Shown piece after piece: positions 30,483 to 39,379 of a stretch of 64,000 nt of DNA (its first letter is position 1; each line of letters starts with the position of its first letter). The translations under genes were made by a program, and so were the position numbers. Source of the stretch: an uncultured virus (IMG/VR IMGVR_UViG_3300043449_002525). Taxonomy: Duplodnaviria > Heunggongvirae > Uroviricota > Caudoviricetes. The stretch lies in IMG/VR virus record IMGVR_UViG_3300043449_002525, one strand, 5' to 3'. The notes below the pieces were generated by a model. It saw nothing but the letters and a program-made list of their open reading frames with translations, made no database searches and was not told the DNA's origin.

Positions 30483-32399
30483 ATGTCAAAGGCATTCTCC
30501 CTTAACCACCTCACCGAGGGCATTAAGGATCGCAATAACAGCCAGGAAGGTGCACGTCTCGTTGAGAAGTGGAGCCGCACCGGCCTCCTCCGTGGCCTCG
30601 AGAACACCAAGCGCGACAACATGGCTCGCCTCCTCGAGAACCAGGCAGCTCAGGTCCTTCGCGAGGTCAACAGCCTCGGCGCAGGCGGTGGCAGCACATC
30701 CTCATCCGGCGACATCCGTGGCTTTGCCAACATCGCCTTCCCCATCGTCCGCCGTGTGTTCGGCGGTCTCGTGGCCAATGAGCTCGTCTCCATCCAACCC
30801 ATGAGCCTTCCCTCCGGCCTCCTGTTCTACTTGGACTACACCTACGGTAACAACGTCGGTGGTGACGTCAACCTTGCAACAGGCGCACTCGGTGATGCAT
30901 CAGCACGCACCTACACACAGGGCAAGTCCATCTACAACAACCCCACTGGTAAGGGCATCCGCTCCGGATCTCTCGCCACTGGTGGTCAGTACGACCTCGT
31001 CGGCACTTCTTACTCACAGGTTCACTCAACTGTTAAGCTTTCATCTATCCTAGGCTCAGGTTCTTTCCACACAGGAAACACACTTACAGCACAGATTGCA
31101 GCATTCGCAACTGGTACCGATGGTAAGCTCCTCCAGTTCGACCCACAGATCACCAACCTCATCGAGGCAAACAGCGGCGGTCCAGGTGAGACAGCTGGTA
31201 ACGGCGTCTTCTCATTCGTTGTCGCTCCTCTCTCAGGTTTCACAAACTTTGACACCACACAGGTCAAGGATGTGTCTCTCTTCACAGTTGGCACAGTGAA
31301 CGGTCTCAAGGCGATCCCAGAGACAATCCAGGGTGGCACAAACATCCTTAACGTTCGTCGTCTCAACCAGCTTGGTACATTCTCCGGCGGCGTCTTCACA
31401 CCAAACCCACTCGTTGCAATCAGTGATACGAATGCCGCACTTCTGACTGTTGTTTCAGGCGTCTTTGTTGGACCCACAACTGTGTCCAACCTCACCGCTT
31501 CGTACGTCATCTCCGACGCATTCAGCGCTGACCCCAACGACGCATCTGCTCTTACCGTTCCCGTGTTCGAGTCTGACTTTGGACCCAGTGGTCAGGGCTA
31601 CACTCCCTCACCTATCATCCCTGAGATCGACATCAAGATCGAGTCCATCGCCGTCACAGCTACCACCCGTAAGCTGCGCGCTCGCTGGAGCCCAGAGCTC
31701 GCTCAGGACCTCAACGCCTACCACAGCATGGACGCCGAGGTTGAGCTCACTCAGATCCTCTCCGAGCAGATCGCTCTCGAGATCGACCGTGAGATCCTCA
31801 ATGACCTGCTCACCCAGGCCAACGGCGCCAACTACTACTGGTCACGTGCACCAGGACGTTTCGTCAACAAGGTGACAGGTGCTGAGATCCTCCAGGGCAC
31901 CAATGCTCCCGGTCCCCAGTTCACTGGTACCGTTCGCGAGTGGTACGAGACCCTCATCGAGACCATCATCGACGTCGCCAACGAGATCCACCGCAAGACC
32001 CTTCGTGGTTCGGCCAACTTCATCGTGGTTTCACCCGATGTGGCAACCGTCCTCGAGGCTTCGGTCCTCTACAAGCCCAGCTACAGCCTCGACGGCCAGG
32101 GCCAGGTCGGCAGCGGCTTCTCGATCGGTGCAACACCCATCGGCAGCCTCAGCAACCGCTTCACTGTCTACAAGGACCCCTACTTCCCCCGTAACAAGAT
32201 CCTCGTCGGTTACAAGGGCGGTAGCTACCTCGAGACCGGCTACGTCTACGCACCTTACGTCCCACTGATCGTCACTCCCACCATCTTCGCCCCCGAGGAC
32301 TTCACCCCACGTAAGGGCGTGATGACTCGCTACGGCAAGAAGATGGTCCGCAGCGACTTCTACGGCACCGTAACCTGCCTCGACATGAACATCATCTGA
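30483..32399 (+). CDS. Major capsid protein (T4 gp23-like)
   Basis: AFPIVRRVF, VSIQPMSLPSGLLFYL, TRKLRARWSPELAQDLNAYH, EIDREIL, YAPYVPL, PRKGVMTRYG; AAGGAG SD; strong codon bias. Confidence 0.96.
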   Translation: MSKAFSLNHLTEGIKDRNNSQEGARLVEKWSRTGLLRGLENTKRDNMARLLENQAAQVLREVNSLGAGGGSTSSSGDIRGFANIAFPIVRRVFGGLVANELVSIQPMSLPSGLLFYLDYTYGNNVGGDVNLATGALGDASARTYTQGKSIYNNPTGKGIRSGSLATGGQYDLVGTSYSQVHSTVKLSSILGSGSFHTGNTLTAQIAAFATGTDGKLLQFDPQITNLIEANSGGPGETAGNGVFSFVVAPLSGFTNFDTTQVKDVSLFTVGTVNGLKAIPETIQGGTNILNVRRLNQLGTFSGGVFTPNPLVAISDTNAALLTVVSGVFVGPTTVSNLTASYVISDAFSADPNDASALTVPVFESDFGPSGQGYTPSPIIPEIDIKIESIAVTATTRKLRARWSPELAQDLNAYHSMDAEVELTQILSEQIALEIDREILNDLLTQANGANYYWSRAPGRFVNKVTGAEILQGTNAPGPQFTGTVREWYETLIETIIDVANEIHRKTLRGSANFIVVSPDVATVLEASVLYKPSYSLDGQGQVGSGFSIGATPIGSLSNRFTVYKDPYFPRNKILVGYKGGSYLETGYVYAPYVPLIVTPTIFAPEDFTPRKGVMTRYGKKMVRSDFYGTVTCLDMNII

Positions 32400-32422
32400 T
32401 GTTCTAGCCGTTAGGCAAACAG

Positions 32423-32454
32423 GCGGCCACCCTTCGGGGTGGCCGTTTTGTTTT
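32423..32454 (+). terminator. Rho-independent terminator after MCP
   Basis: GCGGCCACCC-TTCG-GGGTGGCCGT stem-loop followed by TTTGTTTT. Confidence 0.9.
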
Positions 32455-32458
32455 GGAT

Positions 32459-32532
32459 GCAGCATCAATAAATCATCAGAGCAGCATCAGATAATGCAGA
32501 TTGCATGATCAATAAAAATACAATGATCAATA
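32459..32532. repeat. Short direct repeats in an A-rich intergenic segment
   Basis: GCAGCATCA x2 (32459, 32481), ATGATCAATA x2 (32505, 32523), ATCAATA x3. Confidence 0.55.
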
Positions 32533-32596
32533 CACTAAAATAGACAATTTAACAGAAACAGCAGAGAGTGATATTTAGAGCATAGGAGAAAGATTT

Positions 32597-32896
32597 ATGG
32601 GACGTCGTTGGTGGCAGAAAGAAGCCCGTCGGATGCAAAATGAGCAAGTAACAGCACCAGAAGCTGTGTCATCTGTCGAAGCTGTACCCGATATTACCGA
32701 TATACACGTTGCTGCAGCCGCGGCAGCAGTTGAACTAACTGAGACAGTCGCAACAATCTCTGACGATGATGTTGATCAAGTCGTATTGACAGCAGAGCAG
32801 GAAGCTATAGAAGACGCAAAGGACGCAGAAGTTCCCGCTCCTGTCAAGGTCGTAACACAAAATAACTTTAGCAACAACAAGAAAAAGCGCAGATGA
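32597..32896 (+). CDS. Small hypothetical protein
   Basis: ATATTTA at 32571 and AGGAG SD; acidic middle with basic termini. Confidence 0.6.
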   Translation: MGRRWWQKEARRMQNEQVTAPEAVSSVEAVPDITDIHVAAAAAAVELTETVATISDDDVDQVVLTAEQEAIEDAKDAEVPAPVKVVTQNNFSNNKKKRR

Positions 32897-33081
32897 CTGA
32901 GGACCTCATCAGGAAGATTGTGAGAGCTATCCTGCATGAGAGGTTAGTTTCACTTCCTGGTGGAAAGTGGGCCGTGTATCCCAAGAAAGGTGGTAAAAGA
33001 TTGGGAACTCACGATACCAAGTCAGGTGCTCTGCGACAGCTTGCTGCTATTGAGATCTCAAAGAAGCGTCGAAAAGCTTGA
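32893..33081 (+). CDS. Small basic hypothetical protein
   Basis: ATGA overlap; LIRKIVRAILHE then KWAVYPKKGGKRLGTHDTK...ALRQLAAIE. Confidence 0.6.
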   Translation: MTEDLIRKIVRAILHERLVSLPGGKWAVYPKKGGKRLGTHDTKSGALRQLAAIEISKKRRKA

Positions 33082-33134
33082 TGCAGGCACAACACCTCTT
33101 GCTCGATACTTAGTATAGAGCAAGGGCGTGTCTG

Positions 33135-34310
33135 ATGTCTACATTCGCAACAACAGCAAATCCGACACCTTTCGGAGTTTTTGACCTCGAATCTGACTTT
33201 ATAACAGAAGCAGACAAGATGATTGTGTTCGTCAAGCGTCGTCTTGGTGATGATATCCTCTCTGTTGAGCTAACCAAAAAGCAGATCTGGGCAAACTTCG
33301 AGGAAGCATGCTTTGAGTACGGATCAATTCTCAACCAGTACCAGGCAAAAAGTCAGCTTGTCAACTGGCTTGGCTATGCCACAGGAACTTTGTCGGGATC
33401 TGAGCAGATGTATCCGCGTGAGAGCCTTGAGTTTCTGACACGCTTTGCCGAGCCTTATGCGTCAGAAGCTGATGTAGGTGGTGCATATAACCAGATCTCA
33501 GGATCTATAGCACTCGAAGCAGGACGTCAAGATTACGACATCTATACAGAGCTTGTTGATGCCAATAATACAGCAATTGTCAGCTCATCACTGAACACAA
33601 TGGGTGGTAAGATGAGGATTAGTGAAGTATTTCACTTTTCACCACAAGCCGCTTATCGCTTTTTTGATACGACCTCGGCGATCAACTACTTGAATAATGC
33701 TTTCTCATTTGAATCGTTCACGCCAGAAACTATATTCTACGTGCTCCCCGTATTTGAAGATATTCTCAGAGCAGGCCAGCTTGATCTCTCAAATCGCGTT
33801 CGACGCTCAAACTATTCTTACAAGATCATCGGCACAAAGATAAGAATATATCCTATGCCAACTCAGATCACGTCCCCTATGCCGCGTCTGTTCATACGTG
33901 TAAAGTTCATGCAAGATCCACTAAATCCGGCTTTTAGCGATAGATCGATCTACGGCGTATCGAACTTGTCAAATATTCCCTTTGGTAACTTGCAGTTTAA
34001 TAGGATCAATTCAATTGGCAGGCAGTGGATCCGACAATACACGCTCGCGTTATCGATGGAGACACTCGGGTACATCCGTAGCAAGATGGGCACACTTCCA
34101 GTACCAGGCGGCAACGTCACCTTGAACGGCTCTGACCTCGTCTCAAAGGGTCGAGAAGATAGGAAAGAGTTTATCACAAAGTTGAAAGAGATGCTCGACA
34201 CTATGACTTACGACAAACTGATCGAGCAGCAAGCGACCAGGTCAGAAAACTTGAGTAAGCAGTTAAAGTTTATACCACCGCCCAACGGCAAAGCAATCTT
34301 CACGGGGTGA
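33135..34310 (+). CDS. Neck protein (T4 gp13-like head-tail adaptor)
   Basis: KRRLGDDILSVELT and WIRQYTLALSMETLGYIRSK...PGGNVTLNG; position after MCP. Confidence 0.8.
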   Translation: MSTFATTANPTPFGVFDLESDFITEADKMIVFVKRRLGDDILSVELTKKQIWANFEEACFEYGSILNQYQAKSQLVNWLGYATGTLSGSEQMYPRESLEFLTRFAEPYASEADVGGAYNQISGSIALEAGRQDYDIYTELVDANNTAIVSSSLNTMGGKMRISEVFHFSPQAAYRFFDTTSAINYLNNAFSFESFTPETIFYVLPVFEDILRAGQLDLSNRVRRSNYSYKIIGTKIRIYPMPTQITSPMPRLFIRVKFMQDPLNPAFSDRSIYGVSNLSNIPFGNLQFNRINSIGRQWIRQYTLALSMETLGYIRSKMGTLPVPGGNVTLNGSDLVSKGREDRKEFITKLKEMLDTMTYDKLIEQQATRSENLSKQLKFIPPPNGKAIFTG

Positions 34311-34313
34311 TGA

Positions 34314-34979
34314 ATGGCACGCCTCTTTGTAACAGAGCGAGAGCTTAACTTTATCAACGACATCATGAAAGAAGTCGTTAAAGACGTCATTGGCCAGAAG
34401 ATCTACTACTACTCAATCTCAGAGATCAAGTCGAGAGTGCACGACGTCTACGAAGAGGCACCCAACAAGATCTTTGAGAACCCAATAGAGATCGATGCAC
34501 TTGTCAAGTACTCAGGGCAAGAGGTAAAGACGAATCGATTTGGGTCGGAAGAATACTACAACATCGAGTGCTACATACAGGAAAGAGATCTGATTGACAA
34601 GCAGATAGACGTTAGAGAGGGTGACTTTTTCTCATATGGCGAGACATTCTTTGAAATAATCAAGGCACCCAGATCAGACGTCATCTTTGGACAGATCGAG
34701 CACAAAAGTTACGTGACAGTGTCGGGTAAGCAGGCACGTAAAGGACAATTTATCACCAAAGTTTTTGGCCCAACATCAGAAGCATACTCAGATCCAGATG
34801 CCGTGCAGACAACCTTTGTTCAACAACGTGGATTTGAAGAGAACAGGCTTGGAAAGACAGGCGATGTTCGAGATCTACAGAGGACAGGTGTGTTGGACGC
34901 GCCGCTTACCGGACCTGCTGAGGTGTCACCAAGCGGTGATCCAGAGAACGTAGGCTCAGCATTCTACGACGAGTCATAA
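34314..34979 (+). CDS. Neck/head-closure protein (T4 gp14-like)
   Basis: GQKIYYY, VYEEA...F.NPIEIDALV, REGDFFSYG; between gp13- and gp15-like genes. Confidence 0.7.
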   Translation: MARLFVTERELNFINDIMKEVVKDVIGQKIYYYSISEIKSRVHDVYEEAPNKIFENPIEIDALVKYSGQEVKTNRFGSEEYYNIECYIQERDLIDKQIDVREGDFFSYGETFFEIIKAPRSDVIFGQIEHKSYVTVSGKQARKGQFITKVFGPTSEAYSDPDAVQTTFVQQRGFEENRLGKTGDVRDLQRTGVLDAPLTGPAEVSPSGDPENVGSAFYDES

Positions 34980-34980
34980 G

Positions 34981-36177
34981 ATGGCAGATAAAATAAAGAC
35001 AGGCTATGAAGGCACCAACGTCCCGGACGATTTTTCTATTCCTCCTGTTGGAATAGAGGATATCGATCGTGCAATTTTTACTCTATTTGATAAGAAACTG
35101 GCATTCGAGACAAAAGTCAATAATCAGACAACACGTGTTCCTGTCATCTTTGCGTCAGGTGAACGTTTTGCTCTGACACGCCGTGACAATCCACTGCGTG
35201 ACAAGAACAACACACTGATCTTACCACTGATCTCAATAAAACGCGGTGCTATTGGACACAAGACACAGGCTGACGTCTTTGGCACAGCAATTAGCATTAG
35301 GCAGACAGGCGACTACTACATAAAGAAGAAGCTGGATGCAGGCGATCGTGACTACCAGAAGCTGGTCAACAATCTCAATTTGATGAACCAGAAGGATGTT
35401 GCGACAAGGAGCCACATCTCTGACACGTCAACAACACCAGGCACTCAAGCTGTTGAAGGCACAGTTGCGTCGCGTCGCCAAGGCCCACCTCTATCATTTA
35501 GAAGCACGTCAAAATATACTCCACTTTCTAATGATCTCACTAACAATATCTACGAGTTTATTACTGTACCTTATCCAAAATTTGTAGGCATCACATACAA
35601 CGTCATTTTTTGGACGCAGTACATGCAGCAGATGAACCAGCTGATCGAGACGCTGATGATGAAGTTCAGTGGCCCATCACCCGAGTTTCTACTTGAGACA
35701 GACAAGGGTTACACGTTCACTGCATTTGTGCAGAACACCTTCTCCAACTCAGACAACTTGGAAGAGTTCACAAACGATGAGCGTATCATAAAAGTAGGGT
35801 TTGACATCAAGGTTCCAGGTTATATCATCGCACCCGAGCACCCAGGTCTGCCCTCACCATTCAGAAGATTTATCAGTGCACCCCAGATCAACTTTGAGAT
35901 ATGGGAGCAGAATGCACAGCTTGTCAACGAAGTGCAAGGTAATAAGACAAAAGACTACATCGATAAGTTTACACTCACAGATGTAGAAGTTCTCAATAAG
36001 AATGGTCAGCAAGTTGAGAACAGAGGGGCTGAGCCGCTTCGTGTCATCGAGAACGTCACTAATCCCTTCTCAGGTCAGCAGCAGCCTAAATACCTAAAGG
36101 TGACGTCAAGAGTTGCAAAAGCGGGTGAAACAATACTTACGGCGCAGAAGATCCGTAAGATAGATACTCTCGACTGA
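34981..36177 (+). CDS. Tail terminator / sheath stabiliser (T4 gp15-like)
   Basis: VPVIFASGER, LPLISIKR, P.FVGITYNVIFWTQYMQQMNQLIE, ERIIKVGFDIKVPGY; directly before sheath genes. Confidence 0.72.
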   Translation: MADKIKTGYEGTNVPDDFSIPPVGIEDIDRAIFTLFDKKLAFETKVNNQTTRVPVIFASGERFALTRRDNPLRDKNNTLILPLISIKRGAIGHKTQADVFGTAISIRQTGDYYIKKKLDAGDRDYQKLVNNLNLMNQKDVATRSHISDTSTTPGTQAVEGTVASRRQGPPLSFRSTSKYTPLSNDLTNNIYEFITVPYPKFVGITYNVIFWTQYMQQMNQLIETLMMKFSGPSPEFLLETDKGYTFTAFVQNTFSNSDNLEEFTNDERIIKVGFDIKVPGYIIAPEHPGLPSPFRRFISAPQINFEIWEQNAQLVNEVQGNKTKDYIDKFTLTDVEVLNKNGQQVENRGAEPLRVIENVTNPFSGQQQPKYLKVTSRVAKAGETILTAQKIRKIDTLD

Positions 36178-36227
36178 GCATTTAGAAGTTTGACAGGATA
36201 GTTATATTCGGCTTTGAAGTCGGAGTA

Positions 36228-39200
36228 ATGATGGCAGAGACAACTTTTAGGTCGCCTGGGTTCTTTGAGCAAGAGATTGATTTATCATCTCCCGCAACAC
36301 CAGGTGTATCGGGCGTTCCAGTCGGTGTGATTGGAACAGCAGAAATCGGCCCTGCGTTCGTCCCAGTGACGGTGGGCAATGCAGCACAGCTTCAGCAAGT
36401 TTTTGGCGCTCCCCGCGCATCTGACGTAGGCCTACAGGGGGCCAGTCAGTACCTACAGAACGGCACAGCGCTTACATTCGTCAGAGTGCTTGGATGCGGC
36501 GCGAACTCAACAACATCGGATTTTTCAACAACTACAACACAGGGAACGGTTAAGAACGCGGGCTTCTTCATCAAGGGAACGACCCCCGCAGTTGGCACAG
36601 ATGCACGCCACAAAGGTGCGGTTCAATATATCACGGCAAAACACTGGGTGTCAGCATCTGCAGATGTGGGTTACCCAATCTTTACAGACAATAACAGCTT
36701 CAGCGTTGCATCGGGTGACAGCTTTGTTAACTTAGTTCGTGGTATGGTGTTGCTTGCATCGGGCACACGTCTGCAGGTTCTTGACTACAATCAAAACTAT
36801 TCTGTTGCAAACACAGCTGATGATAACGCGACAATTGACGGCACACTAAGCAGCAATCTCTATAGAAAGTTCAAGCTTGTTATCTCTAGCTCCTCACCTT
36901 CATTCTCTACAGGTGACGGTCAGACAGGCATCAGGATCTTGACAGCATCTCTCGATCCTGCTGATACAGCCTACATTGGCAACATACTCAACACTGATCC
37001 GGCACGTTTTGAGGCAGAAGAGCATCTGCTTTACGCCGACTTCCCCGTCGAGGCTGAGGTTGCAATTACGTCAACTGCTGCCGGCGCGGTTGCAGTCCTG
37101 TCAGGATCTGCAAATACATCAGTCGCTTCTGGTGACACCACACAAAACTTTAGAGATGCTTTTGGCCGATTTGATACCAGATATTCATCTGCAAAGACGA
37201 CATACTTCATCTCACAGCCATACGGCTCAAGTGAATATGATCTGTTCTATTTTGAAACTTTGAACGATGGTGCAAACACGTCGCAGAAGTACAAGGTGTC
37301 AATCAGCACACTTGCAAAGTCAAGTGATCCTGCAAATCCATACGGAACATTTACAGTTCAAGTTCGTGATTTCTACGATATTGATAAAAATCCTGTCATC
37401 CTTGAGCAGTATCCTAACTGCACACTCAATCCCGACGACGATGACTATGTTGCGAAGCGCATCGGAGATCAAAAGTCATTCTTTAGTTTTGACGCGCTGT
37501 CATCTGAAGAGCGCAAGTCTTACACAACGGGAACAAGAACCAATGTGTCAAGTCGTGTAAGAGTTGTCATGCACCCTGACGTTGAAGCAAAGCGTGTACC
37601 ATCTGATGCACTGCCATTCGGCTTTAGAGGTTTGCCAGTTGTCAAGACGACGGACACGCTCACCGATGGAACGACTGGTTTAAGCGGCTTTGGAATAAAC
37701 ACAGCCCGCCGTCTCGCTGGCGTCTTCGGTACGGCAGGCCTTGAGGCACACACAGGATCAATTCTTCCACCCGTTCCTCTCCGTTTCAAGGTGACAACAA
37801 ATGCAGTTGATGCTGCAGGTGGTTATGTCGGCAAACCTGGCACGCTGGAGATCACAGATGCCTCGTACTACTGGGGCATCAAGTCAGAGGCACTTCCCCT
37901 GACATCTAGCGTCTCTAACGCAATCTTGCGTTCTAATGACAGCTCGCTGTTCAATCCTTTGCTCACTTCCTACAGTAAGTTGCTTGGAATTCAGAAGCTT
38001 GATGTCCTGGTCACAGGATCATCAGCAGACGCATTCTCGAATAACAAGTTTACGTTGGCTCGAGTCGCACTCAATAATTCGCTTGGCGGCCGCACACTCG
38101 TAAATGCTCTTGCAGATATCACAGGAACAGCAGAGCAACACATGCTGGAGACAGCTTACATACGCAACGGTGTTGTTAATCCAACAAACTACACGGTTCA
38201 ACCTGCAACTGAGGGTAACAGGTTGACATTTGCGTCGCTGTACGCAGTGACTTCATCCATCTACTTCAACAAGTTCACAAACTACGCAAAGTTCACCAAC
38301 ATCTTCACAGGTGGGTTTGACGGCCTCAATATCCTCGATCCCGACATGAGCAAGATGAACGACCGCTCAACGTCGTCAGAGACAGGTGGCAAGGCAGTCG
38401 CTGTGGTCGATATCGGCCTTAACTCTGCATACACACCCGGCGCAGGTGTCAACAACAGTATTGTGACGGCTTACAGAACAGCAGCAGAGATCCTCACCAA
38501 CCGGTACGCGTCCAATGTCAGCGTAATTGCTGCACCGGGTATACGTGATGCTGCAGTTACCAACTACGTCTCAACACTTGTGCAGAACTACGGATTTGCT
38601 CTCTACTTGATGGACATCCCAGGTTATGATTACAATGGCGTTAGATTGTTTGACGGTGGATCTGAGCACCCCGATGTCCAGCAGACAGGAAACAAGTTTA
38701 CATCACGCAAGCTGAATAACAACTTCGTTGCGGTTTACTTCCCAGACATCACGATGCAAGATCAAGGTGGCACATCACGCAAAGTCAAGGTGCCTTCATC
38801 AGTTGCAGCTCTTGCTGCCATAGGTTACAACGATGCCGTGTCACATCCCTGGTACGCACCTGCAGGTTTCAATCGCGGCGCGCTCAACTTCGTCACATCG
38901 ACAGCGGTGCGTCTCAACTCTGCAGATCGTGACTTCCTGTACGACAACAGGATCAACCCAATCACATCATTCCCAGGAACGGGTTATGTCATCTTCGGAC
39001 AGAAGACACTGCAAGTTGGAAAATCTGCGCTTGATCGCGTCAATGTGCGTCGCCTCGTGAATGAAGTGAAGCGCGTCGTCAGCAATATTGCTAGCACGTT
39101 CTTGTTTGAGCAGAACAACGCAGCAACGCGGGCAGCTTTTGTGTCACAGGTTAATCCTGCACTGGCACTTGTCCAGGCACAGCAGGGCATCGAAGGCTTC

Positions 39201-39347
39201 CGTGTTATCGTTGATGACACCAACAACACACAGACAGATGTGATCGCAAATCGTCTGAATGGACGGGTCATCATCATACCCACACGCGCCGTCGAGTTCA
39301 TCTCGATCGACTTCATTGTGACAGATAACGGCGCGAGCTTCGTGTAA
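36228..39347 (+). CDS. Tail sheath protein 1 (gp18-like)
   Basis: FRSPGFFEQEID, GVIGTAEIGPAFVPV, WYAPAGFNRG, LYDNRINPI, GQKTLQ, RVNVRRL, PTRAVEFISIDF. Confidence 0.93.
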   Translation: MMAETTFRSPGFFEQEIDLSSPATPGVSGVPVGVIGTAEIGPAFVPVTVGNAAQLQQVFGAPRASDVGLQGASQYLQNGTALTFVRVLGCGANSTTSDFSTTTTQGTVKNAGFFIKGTTPAVGTDARHKGAVQYITAKHWVSASADVGYPIFTDNNSFSVASGDSFVNLVRGMVLLASGTRLQVLDYNQNYSVANTADDNATIDGTLSSNLYRKFKLVISSSSPSFSTGDGQTGIRILTASLDPADTAYIGNILNTDPARFEAEEHLLYADFPVEAEVAITSTAAGAVAVLSGSANTSVASGDTTQNFRDAFGRFDTRYSSAKTTYFISQPYGSSEYDLFYFETLNDGANTSQKYKVSISTLAKSSDPANPYGTFTVQVRDFYDIDKNPVILEQYPNCTLNPDDDDYVAKRIGDQKSFFSFDALSSEERKSYTTGTRTNVSSRVRVVMHPDVEAKRVPSDALPFGFRGLPVVKTTDTLTDGTTGLSGFGINTARRLAGVFGTAGLEAHTGSILPPVPLRFKVTTNAVDAAGGYVGKPGTLEITDASYYWGIKSEALPLTSSVSNAILRSNDSSLFNPLLTSYSKLLGIQKLDVLVTGSSADAFSNNKFTLARVALNNSLGGRTLVNALADITGTAEQHMLETAYIRNGVVNPTNYTVQPATEGNRLTFASLYAVTSSIYFNKFTNYAKFTNIFTGGFDGLNILDPDMSKMNDRSTSSETGGKAVAVVDIGLNSAYTPGAGVNNSIVTAYRTAAEILTNRYASNVSVIAAPGIRDAAVTNYVSTLVQNYGFALYLMDIPGYDYNGVRLFDGGSEHPDVQQTGNKFTSRKLNNNFVAVYFPDITMQDQGGTSRKVKVPSSVAALAAIGYNDAVSHPWYAPAGFNRGALNFVTSTAVRLNSADRDFLYDNRINPITSFPGTGYVIFGQKTLQVGKSALDRVNVRRLVNEVKRVVSNIASTFLFEQNNAATRAAFVSQVNPALALVQAQQGIEGFRVIVDDTNNTQTDVIANRLNGRVIIIPTRAVEFISIDFIVTDNGASFV

Positions 39348-39350
39348 TTG

Positions 39351-39357
39351 ATAGTTA
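39351..39357 (+). promoter_or_regulatory. Candidate phage late promoter ATANTTA (representative copy)
   Basis: Same heptamer at 2964, 11819, 11847, 17645, 21368, 25381, 27441, 32571, 33106, 36198, 42353, 55224, each shortly upstream of a start codon. Confidence 0.65.
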
Positions 39358-39379
39358 GGAATAAGAGAGGTTTAACGAA

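Noticed and set aside
32455..32570. CRISPR mini-array or tRNA
   Set aside because: Repeats are 7-10 nt with irregular spacing; no cloverleaf or T-loop motif seen.
28950..36195. Perfect TTGACA hexamers at 28950 and 36190
   Set aside because: No acceptable -10 at 16-18 nt; the nearby ATANTTA-type motifs explain these regions better.
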